Assembly: GCA_045589455.1 (NCBI GenBank)
Contig: JAZNPC010000088.1
Coordinates: 35,587 to 99,586 of the forward strand
DNA: 64,000 nucleotides
DNA from: Kiritimatiellia bacterium
Lineage (GTDB): Bacteria; Verrucomicrobiota; Kiritimatiellia; RFP12; UBA3636
Direction: 5' to 3'
Below the pieces are notes generated by a model, which was not told the DNA's origin, ran no database searches, and saw only the letters and a program-made list of their open reading frames with translations. Positions 37,773-46,567 of the stretch are shown in pieces (position 1 is the stretch's first letter; the number at the start of each line of letters is the position of its first letter). The translations under genes were made by a program, and so were the position numbers.

Positions 37773-40472
37773 TTATTTAAGAATAATCAGTGATCCTATT
37801 TCCTCTTTATCAGGATCGTCATAATATCTAAGCTTTACAACATAAGCTCCAGTATTATATGAAATATCATTACGCCATTCACCTGTGCCAGCCTTTGTTG
37901 TAGGCAAGGAGAATGCTGTAGCTGGGCAACCCAACGCAATAATAGTATCCAATTTTACATTTTGCCATTCCTTAGCCCATCCAGCAAACTTTTCTCTCGT
38001 TCCATCTGTTGGCTCTTTATTTTCTAAAACACCCCTATAGTAAGGAATATGAACGACGATAGTTGTATCTTCTGTCTTAATCGTAGTCATATCCGACCAA
38101 TATTGACTAGGGAATGGATTACCTAAAGCATCAGGGACATTCGACATATATATATTCAAATGATCTGCCTCTCTAATATTATTATATGGACCATGCGAAC
38201 CAAATGCTCCGCCATCTATTTTTGTCAATTCACCCAAAACAACCACATTTGTTAAAGAGTTGCATCCACTGAATGAATTAACTGTAAGATTATTTACCTT
38301 TTCACCCAATATAAAGGATGAAACCTTCTTGCTTCCATTAAATAGCCAAGTACCAACACTGGTTAGATTTGTCAAAACAAAATCACCCTCCAACAAAGAA
38401 CAATTTGACAACCCCTCTTGGCTAATTGATTCCAATTTTGATAGATCAGAGCCGATTGTTACCAAATTAGAACAATTCTGAAATGCTCTCATACCGATTC
38501 CTACTACATTTGGAATATTAGCTTCTACCAAGGCATCATTATCATAGAAGCAATAGCTTTCTATTTTAACTGGACCAGTTGCAGTAAATGTTCTCAAAGA
38601 AGAGGCATATCTGAAAGCCTCAGATCCTACAGAGGTAACAGTATCAGAAAGAACAACATTTGTTATAGCTGTGGCATATCTGAATGCGTAGTTACCAATG
38701 CTAACAAGTTGATAATCATCCTTTATGCCACAAGAAAAGTCTATACAAGGAAGCTCTGTATCATATTCATTAGAAGAAGCAGCAATTGAAAGTGCTGTGC
38801 CATTGGCTGTAACATTACTTATGATATGCCAACCCTTTTCCAGTGTTTTTTTCTCAGGATAGTATGTCCAAATAGATTCTTCAAATTTCGTTCTAAAAGA
38901 CCCTAGAGAAATTGTATCACCAGCATTTCCAACACTATCAACACAAGACAAATTAGCAAAATAAAGCATATTTTCATCTAAATTGTCAAATATAATCTCC
39001 ATATTTTTGCCTAACTCTGCCACATTGACTGTTTTTGTTGCTGCGAGTTGAGTACAAGCCTCATCATAATAAAGAGACACTGTTAGGCTAACGTATTCAG
39101 CGGCATCCACATTATAAACATCAACTCTTGCATTAAATACGGCTGTTGTATATTCCCTAGAAACAAAACTACCACTAAATTCTGGTGCTGTTACTTCAAC
39201 CTGCACTGGATCGTCCCAATATTTAACAATCACTGCTGCATCATTCCATTCAACACCTGTTTTTGAGTAGTCTGTAACCCACATTGTTGAACCAGTTGGA
39301 GTGCTTGGCAATGAAAATAAAGGTGTAGCACCATCACTAAGCCATGTACCACTTTTGTCAGCTAGACTTTTCCAATCAGAAGCCCAGGAATTCCAATTAG
39401 GAGTACCGGCGGTTGCTTGCATTCTTGGGACATAGATTGTGACAGATGCATTTGCCATATCACTCTCAGTAACGGTATATGACTTATTATTTGAAGAGAA
39501 CATTTCTGCAAAAGGATTATCCTTTGCGTTATTCTGAATTGGGCAAGAACGGAAATATACGTTCAACATTGAAGCACCCTCTCCTAGTGAACGATGCTTA
39601 TTTATAGTTCCCCAACCCAATGTGGTTAATGAGTCTGGGAAATAAAGATTTTTCAATGCCTTGTTTCCAACAAAAGCCTTAGCATCAATAGTTGTTAATG
39701 ATGTGCATTTAGAAAGATCTAACTCCTCCAAAGCAGTACAATTTTCAAAGGTTTTTTCAACTATTTTAGTTATCTCACAATTATCCGGCAACTTAAAGGT
39801 TTTTAGTGAAGTACAATTTGCAAATGCAGAGATCTGAATTGAAGAAAGTTTTGCTGCATTTGATAAATCAATAGTTTCTAAAGAACTACATCCGCCAAAA
39901 GCACCGGAAGAAATAGTTTGTAAATTAATACAATTAGAAAAATCTATGCTTTTCATATTGGGACAGTTACTAAAAGCATACTGCCCTAAAGTAGTTAATG
40001 CAGAACCTTCCTCAAATGTGACAACCAAAGATCCCTTTATATCAGAAAATGCAGCCCAACCAATTGATACACATGCCTTACCGATGTGAACTCTTTCAAG
40101 AGAAGGGCATTTATTAAATGCACGCTCTCCAATCGTTTCTACAGTATCTCCCGTAATAACCGTTTTTAGATTTGGGCATTCATCAAAGGCTGCGTCATAA
40201 GATGAATTACCACTTTTTCCTACAAATTGGTATATTGACCATCCATCAGTGATCCCATCAGAAAAGTCAAGTGTGACAAGATCTTCTCGTTTTCCATTAT
40301 CACCGATGGATAATTTCTTCCCATGCCAAACAGAGACATTATTAAGCACGATTGTTCCATCTGAGCTTGTCAATGTTAGTGCATCCTGGTTGTAAACCCA
40401 TTGTGCAAGTGTGGTATTAACAAAAGCAATTACAGCAAAAATTGCCATAAAGAATTTTATTCTATTTTTCAT
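37773..40472 (-). CDS. BspA-type leucine-rich-repeat surface protein (899 aa) with a signal peptide
   Basis: Repeated ...AF..C..L..I.IP.SVT.IG..AF... modules of ~23 residues, typical of BspA-like LRRs. N-terminal signal MKNRIKFFMAIFAVIAFVNTTLA. Confidence 0.75.
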   Translation of the reverse strand: MKNRIKFFMAIFAVIAFVNTTLAQWVYNQDALTLTSSDGTIVLNNVSVWHGKKLSIGDNGKREDLVTLDFSDGITDGWSIYQFVGKSGNSSYDAAFDECPNLKTVITGDTVETIGERAFNKCPSLERVHIGKACVSIGWAAFSDIKGSLVVTFEEGSALTTLGQYAFSNCPNMKSIDFSNCINLQTISSGAFGGCSSLETIDLSNAAKLSSIQISAFANCTSLKTFKLPDNCEITKIVEKTFENCTALEELDLSKCTSLTTIDAKAFVGNKALKNLYFPDSLTTLGWGTINKHRSLGEGASMLNVYFRSCPIQNNAKDNPFAEMFSSNNKSYTVTESDMANASVTIYVPRMQATAGTPNWNSWASDWKSLADKSGTWLSDGATPLFSLPSTPTGSTMWVTDYSKTGVEWNDAAVIVKYWDDPVQVEVTAPEFSGSFVSREYTTAVFNARVDVYNVDAAEYVSLTVSLYYDEACTQLAATKTVNVAELGKNMEIIFDNLDENMLYFANLSCVDSVGNAGDTISLGSFRTKFEESIWTYYPEKKTLEKGWHIISNVTANGTALSIAASSNEYDTELPCIDFSCGIKDDYQLVSIGNYAFRYATAITNVVLSDTVTSVGSEAFRYASSLRTFTATGPVKIESYCFYDNDALVEANIPNVVGIGMRAFQNCSNLVTIGSDLSKLESISQEGLSNCSLLEGDFVLTNLTSVGTWLFNGSKKVSSFILGEKVNNLTVNSFSGCNSLTNVVVLGELTKIDGGAFGSHGPYNNIREADHLNIYMSNVPDALGNPFPSQYWSDMTTIKTEDTTIVVHIPYYRGVLENKEPTDGTREKFAGWAKEWQNVKLDTIIALGCPATAFSLPTTKAGTGEWRNDISYNTGAYVVKLRYYDDPDKEEIGSLIILK

Positions 40473-40847
40473 TTTTCACCTTAACTTTGTTTTATGTAAT
40501 AGCTACAAAAGGAATTAACACATACAGAAAAGAACACGAAGTTAATTTTTTAGGCTAATGTTTGACATAAATTTGCCAAATAACAAGTTAAAGTTTAGCA
40601 CAACACCCCCCTGTCAATCAATAAATTCTTAATACAACTGATTAAACGGTATAGCTAAGATTCCGCCAAAATTATTTCTATTTCAGCAAGTAAACACTAA
40701 TTCTATAAGCACGAGGACAAGAAGAGCGAAGTACTCTCATAGAGCACACGTGGGGTGGGTTCCCCAGGTGCTTGTGTGATGACTAAACATGCGAGGCTAT
40801 TTAAGTCAACACACACGACTCCATGGTTACATTACCTTTGGAATATT

Positions 40848-41315
40848 CTAATTGACGATATTTTGTGGTGCCTGATTTGAAAGCCATTGAGGGATTGCTG
40901 ATCGTAGGATTGCAGGCTGAAAGCCTTGTGCTGCAAGCTCATCGAGGGGAGCCCAAAGAAACTCAATCCAACCTTCTTTACTTGGTACAGCTGGTTCACC
41001 CTCTAATCCTTCCCACTCTGCCACGTGCAATTCATAGCACAAATTGATTTCATCAATTCTATCCTCTCCCTCACCATAGCTAAACTCTGCCACGCCCAAA
41101 AAGCGCTTAACTTCTGCTTTAACACCAAGCTCCTCAACCAGCTCTCGAAGCACAGCCTCTGCACCAGTCTCTCCTGGATCAATATGCCCGCCCGGTAGAT
41201 AGCTTCGAGCCTTGCCTACTGGCTTACAAAGTAATATTTTTCCATTGTGGAGGATTATCCCTCTCGCAATAACCTCATGTGTTAATTCTTTTGTTTGCAT
41301 AAATTTATTCTCCAT
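40848..41315 (-). CDS. NUDIX hydrolase (155 aa)
   Basis: Nudix box GGHIDPGETGAEAVLRELVEELG. Confidence 0.8.
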   Translation of the reverse strand: MENKFMQTKELTHEVIARGIILHNGKILLCKPVGKARSYLPGGHIDPGETGAEAVLRELVEELGVKAEVKRFLGVAEFSYGEGEDRIDEINLCYELHVAEWEGLEGEPAVPSKEGWIEFLWAPLDELAAQGFQPAILRSAIPQWLSNQAPQNIVN

Positions 41316-41378
41316 TAGGACATTTTTCCGTATATGGCATATCCTATTTCTCCGCTAAATTGCTATTTAGATTTCCTT

Positions 41379-42266
41379 CTAGTCGGGTTCAAGTGTTGAA
41401 TCGTCGCTTTCGTAATAATAGGAGTAATCAATGCCTTTCATGAACATTTCTCGGTCATTGATTTTATCGGTCAGAGCCGGCTCGAGAAGGGCTTTAAGTT
41501 CTGCACTGTCAACAACACTTTTCCGCATAGCTTCGAGGTAGGCGTTTTTATTGACCTTGCTCCAGTCGATACATCTTTTGAGTGTGCGTTTCAACATCAA
41601 ATCCAGCCAGATACGGGTGCTTCTGCCGTTGCCCTCCATAAATGGATGCGCCACATTCATTTCAACATACTTATTGATGATTTCCTCAAAGGTGGTTTCG
41701 GGCATATTTTCAATATTTGGCAGAATTGTGGAGAAATACAGAGCATTTGCAAATGTAAAGCCGCATTTACTGATGTTTTTATCTCGAATTTGTCCAGCAA
41801 AATCATATAGTCCGCCAAAGAGATAAGCATGAATCTGTTGCAGACATTTTACGGTGCCTGGTTCCAGACTGGCAAGCAGTCCGCTTTCAAAAAGAGCGTA
41901 GGCTTTGGTACGGCTCTTGCCATCAATGGTATCGTCACTATATGTAAACCACTTGATAAATTGAACCGCATAACGGCTAGGGATATGAGCAACCAATTGA
42001 ATCAAGTCCGCTTGCGACATACAATCCGTCAAATAACGCTTCCCATCTGAAGCCATAAGTTTCAGTTGGTTACAATTTGTAACCGACTGATTATTCGCCT
42101 TTTTAAGACGATTCTTTAACACCTTCCAATAATTTCGCGAGTCCTTACTTTCTGTAAGCACTCCCACTACATCTGTCACCGAAAATAACCATTGATTGGC
42201 GGAATCGTCCCATGCGGCCCGCACTTCTCGGTCATTAAAAAATCGGATAGAAACTTTTTGATTCAT
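41379..42266 (-). CDS. Fic/DOC family protein with an N-terminal Bro-N/RhuM-like putative DNA-binding domain
   Basis: [15 protein letters not shown] Fic motif. N-terminal [31 protein letters not shown] block. Confidence 0.8.
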   Translation of the reverse strand: MNQKVSIRFFNDREVRAAWDDSANQWLFSVTDVVGVLTESKDSRNYWKVLKNRLKKANNQSVTNCNQLKLMASDGKRYLTDCMSQADLIQLVAHIPSRYAVQFIKWFTYSDDTIDGKSRTKAYALFESGLLASLEPGTVKCLQQIHAYLFGGLYDFAGQIRDKNISKCGFTFANALYFSTILPNIENMPETTFEEIINKYVEMNVAHPFMEGNGRSTRIWLDLMLKRTLKRCIDWSKVNKNAYLEAMRKSVVDSAELKALLEPALTDKINDREMFMKGIDYSYYYESDDSTLEPD

Positions 42267-42586
42267 ACTTCTACCTCCGACACGTCAATTTTCCCGGACA
42301 TTAGCTTCAGCAACAGTGTGTCTTGTAGCTTACATAGAGTGCGATTTTCCAATGTATTCAGATCGATTTTTTTGCTTATAGAATTAAGTATCGATACAAT
42401 CTTTGATTGTTCATCAAGCGAAGTTAGTGGAATTTCTATTGTTTTGAGAAAACAGGAAGGTTGAGCAATTGATGGAACATCACTTTTCACAAAGGTAGAC
42501 TTCTTTATATTTGAACCCAATAGTCCCATTGCTATTTTTTCTGCGACATCTCCAACAGTTACTTTTTTCCACTCACTCATTCTCAT
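42263..42586 (-). pseudogene. hsdS: Fragment of a type I restriction-modification specificity subunit (HsdS)
   Basis: ...IPLTSLDEQSKIVSILNSI... is the conserved HsdS inter-domain helix motif. At 107 aa it is about a quarter of a full HsdS, and there is no hsdM or hsdR nearby. Confidence 0.6.
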
Positions 42587-43248
42587 CCCCTCTCTTTCAG
42601 AATAATCGCAGCTTTTTTTATTTTTTGCATCAAGTTCTGATTTCCTTGTTTAGCAAGTTCACGATAGACATCGCGTAACAAGGAAAGCACCTCTTCCGTT
42701 TGCTGTGCTCGGTATGATTTGCGAGCTTGGTACATTCGTTCCCGGATGCCTCCTTTTTCTGTGAAACTTTTTTCCAGTGACTTGATTTGACGGTCAAGCA
42801 AATAATTGGTCTGGTGAATCAGGGAAATCATCGTATTGCAGAAAAGCTCAGGATTATCAGCAGAAAAATAAGACTTATAGGTCTCATAAGTCCTATTCTT
42901 TTGTCTTGCAAGCTGGCGGATTTGCAAAGCCCGTGGGTCATCTTTTTCCCACAAAGGCAAATTGTGCGTCCGCAAATAATCGCGGTAGTCTTCCAATAAT
43001 TCTTCAAGACTGGCTCTGGCAACACCAACAAGCTTAATTTCTGTTCCGCTACTGATACCTGATGCCATGCTTCCTTCGATTATATTTTGCTTACCGCTTC
43101 TTGCCGCCTGTATCATTTGATCAATTGTCCGATCACCTTTTCTAAGAAAATTTTGACAAAAACTCTGCGTCGCATCAAAAATAATGACACTATTTTGATA
43201 CGATTCAAGTTCCTGATAATTTCCGTGTGGCAAGACAATTTCTGCCAT
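42583..43248 (-). CDS. Four-helix-bundle (23S rRNA intervening-sequence protein family) domain protein with a C-terminal extension
   Basis: ...QMIQAARSGKQNIIEGSMASG...VGVARASLEELLEDY... fits the Q..RSA.SI..NIAEG...IARGS..EL signature. Confidence 0.45.
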   Translation of the reverse strand: MAEIVLPHGNYQELESYQNSVIIFDATQSFCQNFLRKGDRTIDQMIQAARSGKQNIIEGSMASGISSGTEIKLVGVARASLEELLEDYRDYLRTHNLPLWEKDDPRALQIRQLARQKNRTYETYKSYFSADNPELFCNTMISLIHQTNYLLDRQIKSLEKSFTEKGGIRERMYQARKSYRAQQTEEVLSLLRDVYRELAKQGNQNLMQKIKKAAIILKERG

Positions 43249-43289
43249 TATTCCACCTCAAATCCTATGGCTTTCAGATTCTTTTTAAC

Positions 43290-43500
43290 TTCATTTCCCT
43301 CACTCATTTTCAGAGGTCCCTTCCTTTCAGAAAATTCGCATCTTCAGAAAGATAAGACTTATAGGTCTCATAAGTCCTATTCTTTTGTCTTGCAAGCTGG
43401 CGGATTTGCAAAGCCCGTGGGTCTTCTTTTTCCCACAAAGGCAAATTGTGCGTCCGCAAATAATCACGGTAGTCTTCCAATAATTCTTCTAGACAAAGAG
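43290..43500 (-). pseudogene. Internally deleted duplicate of the preceding four-helix-bundle gene
   Basis: 43345-43495 is ~97% identical to 42867-43030, and 43290-43340 resembles 42575-42620. It corresponds to ORF-track ORF 43310..43525. Confidence 0.7.
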
Positions 43501-43502
43501 CA

Positions 43503-43533
43503 CCTCCTAGATTCAGAGCATACAACTGAATCT
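43503..43533 (-). terminator. Perfect 11-bp hairpin (cctagattcag...ctgaatctagg) immediately 3' of gyrA
   Basis: Palindrome located 17 bp after the gyrA stop. There is no clear U-tract. Confidence 0.35.
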
Positions 43534-43549
43534 AGGAGGTTAATTTGCA

Positions 43550-46549
43550 TTACGCTTCTACTGATGGCTCAGCGGCTGGTGCTTCTGCTGCAGGTGGCTC
43601 AGCTGTGGCAGGGTCTGAAGTAGGTGCTTGCTCAGCGGCGGCACCATTCTTTTCCTCTGCAAGTGCCTTTTGAAGGCGCTCCATTTCTTGAGCTGTTTCC
43701 GCAGAGATAATTGTACCAGAAGATACTGCATCTTCCTTATCCACGCGGACAACTCTTACACCCATTGTGTTACGGTTGCTGATTGAAACATTGCGTACAT
43801 ATGTCATCAGTGATGTGCCACCACGTGTCATCAATAGAACTGCTGCACCCTTAGCTGCTGATTGCTCTTCCGACTCAACGCCTTCTGCTGTGGCAGGGTC
43901 TGCACCCTCTACTGGCTGCTCTGGCTCATCCTGTGGCAAGCACTCAACTAGCGCAGCAAATACAACCTTACCATTACGTGCTGTGGTCTTGATATCGATA
44001 ACACCCTTACCACCACGATTCTTTGTTGGGTAGCTTGCAACTGGTGTGCGCTTTCCATAACCATTATCTACGATTGTTACTAGATATAGATTATCCTCTG
44101 AGCCTGCTGGAACCTTAACCATTGTGCGGAGCTCATCAACAATTAGCTTGCCATTTTCATCAAGCTCAACTGCACTCTCCTCCTCTTCTCCAGCAGCAGG
44201 TGCATCATCTGGATCAGGGTCCTTGAAGGTAACTCCGTCAAGGCGAATACCACGTACACCATGTGCTGTGCGTCCCATTTTGCGGGCTGCTGTTGCGGCA
44301 AACTTAATGCACTTACCATTTGCTGAAATAAGCATAATCTTATCATTATCTTCAACAAGTGTTACTGCTATTAGCTCATCATCCTCATCAATAGAGATAG
44401 CATTTATGCCGGAGCTACGAACATTCTTGTACTCGCTCAATAATGTACGCTTAACAACGCCCTTCTTTGTTGCAAAGAATACATATTGTTTATCCAGCTG
44501 CTCTTGCTCATCCTTTTCAAAGCTCTTCACTGCGATAATATCAAGCACGCGCTCTGCTGGGCGATATGGTAGCTCCTTGCCATCCTTATCCTTTGTGCCT
44601 TCTAGGCGCTCAGGACGCAGATCAATGAAGTTCTGAACTGGCTTACCCATTGTGTTGCAATCGCTCTCTTGTAGCTCATAAGCACCCTTTTGGAATAGGC
44701 GACCATGTGAGGTAAAGAACAATAGCTCATCGTGTGCCATGCAGTTATAAACATTTAGGATATAATCCTCAGGTGCTTTGTCCGCGCCCTTACGTAGCTT
44801 TGCACCAGTCTTACCTGTTCCACCGCGATTCTGAATTCTAAAGTCAGCAAGTGGTGTACGCTTAATGTAACCAAGCTTACTAATTGAAATTACAGATGGG
44901 ATATTTGGTACATAGTCCTTAACAGCAAAGCCGCTTCCTACATTGCTATTCTTGTCAATTTTTGTAAGACGAGCATCGCCATCCTTTGAAGATTTTGCAA
45001 ACTTTGCTTTCATCTCCTCACAGTCGTTCTTAATAATATCAAGAACCTTCTGTGGATCAGCAAGAATATCCTTTAGCTCTTGGATACGAACTAGAAGCTT
45101 CTGATATTCATCCTCGACACGCTCACGAGCCAAGCCAGTAAGCTGACGAAGCTTCATTTCAAGAATTGAATTAGACTGTATTTCATCTAAACCAAAGCGC
45201 TCAAAGAATATCTTGCGGACCTCTGCATCATCATGAGAAGCACGGATAATGCGAACAATCTCATCCATATTATCGATTGCAATACGATAGCCCTCAAGAA
45301 TGTGAGCGCGCTCTTGTGCCTTACGTAGCTCATATTTGCAGCGGCGTGTGATAACCTCCTTGCGGTGCTCCACAAAGCAATGAAGTAGCTGCTTAAGATT
45401 CATCACCTTTGGACGGCCATGATCTAGAGCAAGCATAATTGCGCTAAAGCTTGATTGAAGAGGTGTTCTGCTGTAGAAGAAATTCATAATTGCTTCTGGC
45501 ACAGCATCACTCTTTAGCTCAATTTCAATGCGAATATCCTCGCGTGAAACATCGCGAATTTCCTTTACGCCTTCAAGAACCTTGTTTTCCTTATCACGTG
45601 CAAGCTCGCCCATCTTTTCAACCATGAGAGCTTTATTTACACCATAAGGAACGCTATCGATAACAATAATCTTATCGCCTGAGGTCTGCTTACCCTTCTT
45701 CTTTTCCTCAATCGTATAATTACCACGGATGTACATTGTTCCGCGGCCCTTCTTATACATATCAATAATCCCCTTTACACCACAAATTGTTCCGCGGGTT
45801 GGGAAGTCTGGGCCCTGGATATGCTGCATCAAATCATCAATTGTGCAGAATGGATGATCGATTAGAAGCTTAATAGCATCGCATACCTCAGTAAGGTTAT
45901 GTGTTGGGATATTTGTAGACATACCAACTGCGATACCCATTGAACCATTCAATAGAAGGTTTGGTAGCTTTGAAGGAAGTACCGTTGGTTCCTCGAGTGT
46001 TTCATCGTAGTTAGGAACCATATCAACGGTTTCCTTATCGATATCCTCAAGCATCTCTTCTGCGTATTCACGCATGCGAACCTCGGTGTAACGCATAGCT
46101 GCAGCGCCATCACCATCGATAGAACCAAAGTTGCCATGTCCATCAACTAGCATATAACGCATGGAGAAATCCTGCGCCATACGAACGATTGTCTCGTAAA
46201 TTGCGCTATCACCATGAGGGTGATACTTACCCATAACATCACCGACAATACGAGCAGCCTTACGGTGTGGCTTGTCATGATAGTTACCTGTCTCACCCAT
46301 TGAATAAATACATCTACGATGCACTGGCTTCATACCATCACGTGCATCTGGCAATGCACGGCCAACGATAACTGACATTGAGTAGTCGATGTAAGCATTT
46401 TTCATCTCCTCCTCAATTTTGATATCGTTTAAGCCTGGCTCAAAAGAAGCAGCCACACCATCATCTGCAGTATCCTGAGACACCTCAAGATTCGCCTCCT
46501 CAAGAGCCGCATCTACAATCTTATTCTCTTCGTTAATCTCGTTATCCAT
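43550..46549 (-). CDS. gyrA: DNA gyrase subunit A, with ~45-aa N-terminal and Ala/Glu/Pro-rich C-terminal extensions
   Basis: ...YSMSVIVGRALPDARDGMKPVHRR... active-site region and C-terminal beta-pinwheel repeats. Total length 999 aa. Confidence 0.95.
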   Translation of the reverse strand: MDNEINEENKIVDAALEEANLEVSQDTADDGVAASFEPGLNDIKIEEEMKNAYIDYSMSVIVGRALPDARDGMKPVHRRCIYSMGETGNYHDKPHRKAARIVGDVMGKYHPHGDSAIYETIVRMAQDFSMRYMLVDGHGNFGSIDGDGAAAMRYTEVRMREYAEEMLEDIDKETVDMVPNYDETLEEPTVLPSKLPNLLLNGSMGIAVGMSTNIPTHNLTEVCDAIKLLIDHPFCTIDDLMQHIQGPDFPTRGTICGVKGIIDMYKKGRGTMYIRGNYTIEEKKKGKQTSGDKIIVIDSVPYGVNKALMVEKMGELARDKENKVLEGVKEIRDVSREDIRIEIELKSDAVPEAIMNFFYSRTPLQSSFSAIMLALDHGRPKVMNLKQLLHCFVEHRKEVITRRCKYELRKAQERAHILEGYRIAIDNMDEIVRIIRASHDDAEVRKIFFERFGLDEIQSNSILEMKLRQLTGLARERVEDEYQKLLVRIQELKDILADPQKVLDIIKNDCEEMKAKFAKSSKDGDARLTKIDKNSNVGSGFAVKDYVPNIPSVISISKLGYIKRTPLADFRIQNRGGTGKTGAKLRKGADKAPEDYILNVYNCMAHDELLFFTSHGRLFQKGAYELQESDCNTMGKPVQNFIDLRPERLEGTKDKDGKELPYRPAERVLDIIAVKSFEKDEQEQLDKQYVFFATKKGVVKRTLLSEYKNVRSSGINAISIDEDDELIAVTLVEDNDKIMLISANGKCIKFAATAARKMGRTAHGVRGIRLDGVTFKDPDPDDAPAAGEEEESAVELDENGKLIVDELRTMVKVPAGSEDNLYLVTIVDNGYGKRTPVASYPTKNRGGKGVIDIKTTARNGKVVFAALVECLPQDEPEQPVEGADPATAEGVESEEQSAAKGAAVLLMTRGGTSLMTYVRNVSISNRNTMGVRVVRVDKEDAVSSGTIISAETAQEMERLQKALAEEKNGAAAEQAPTSDPATAEPPAAEAPAAEPSVEA

Positions 46550-46567
46550 TTTAAATTCTCCTATTCA

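Noticed and set aside
42263-42586. Functional type I restriction-modification system
   Set aside because: Only a ~107-aa HsdS remnant is present. There is no hsdM or hsdR within the window, so it is annotated as a pseudogene fragment.
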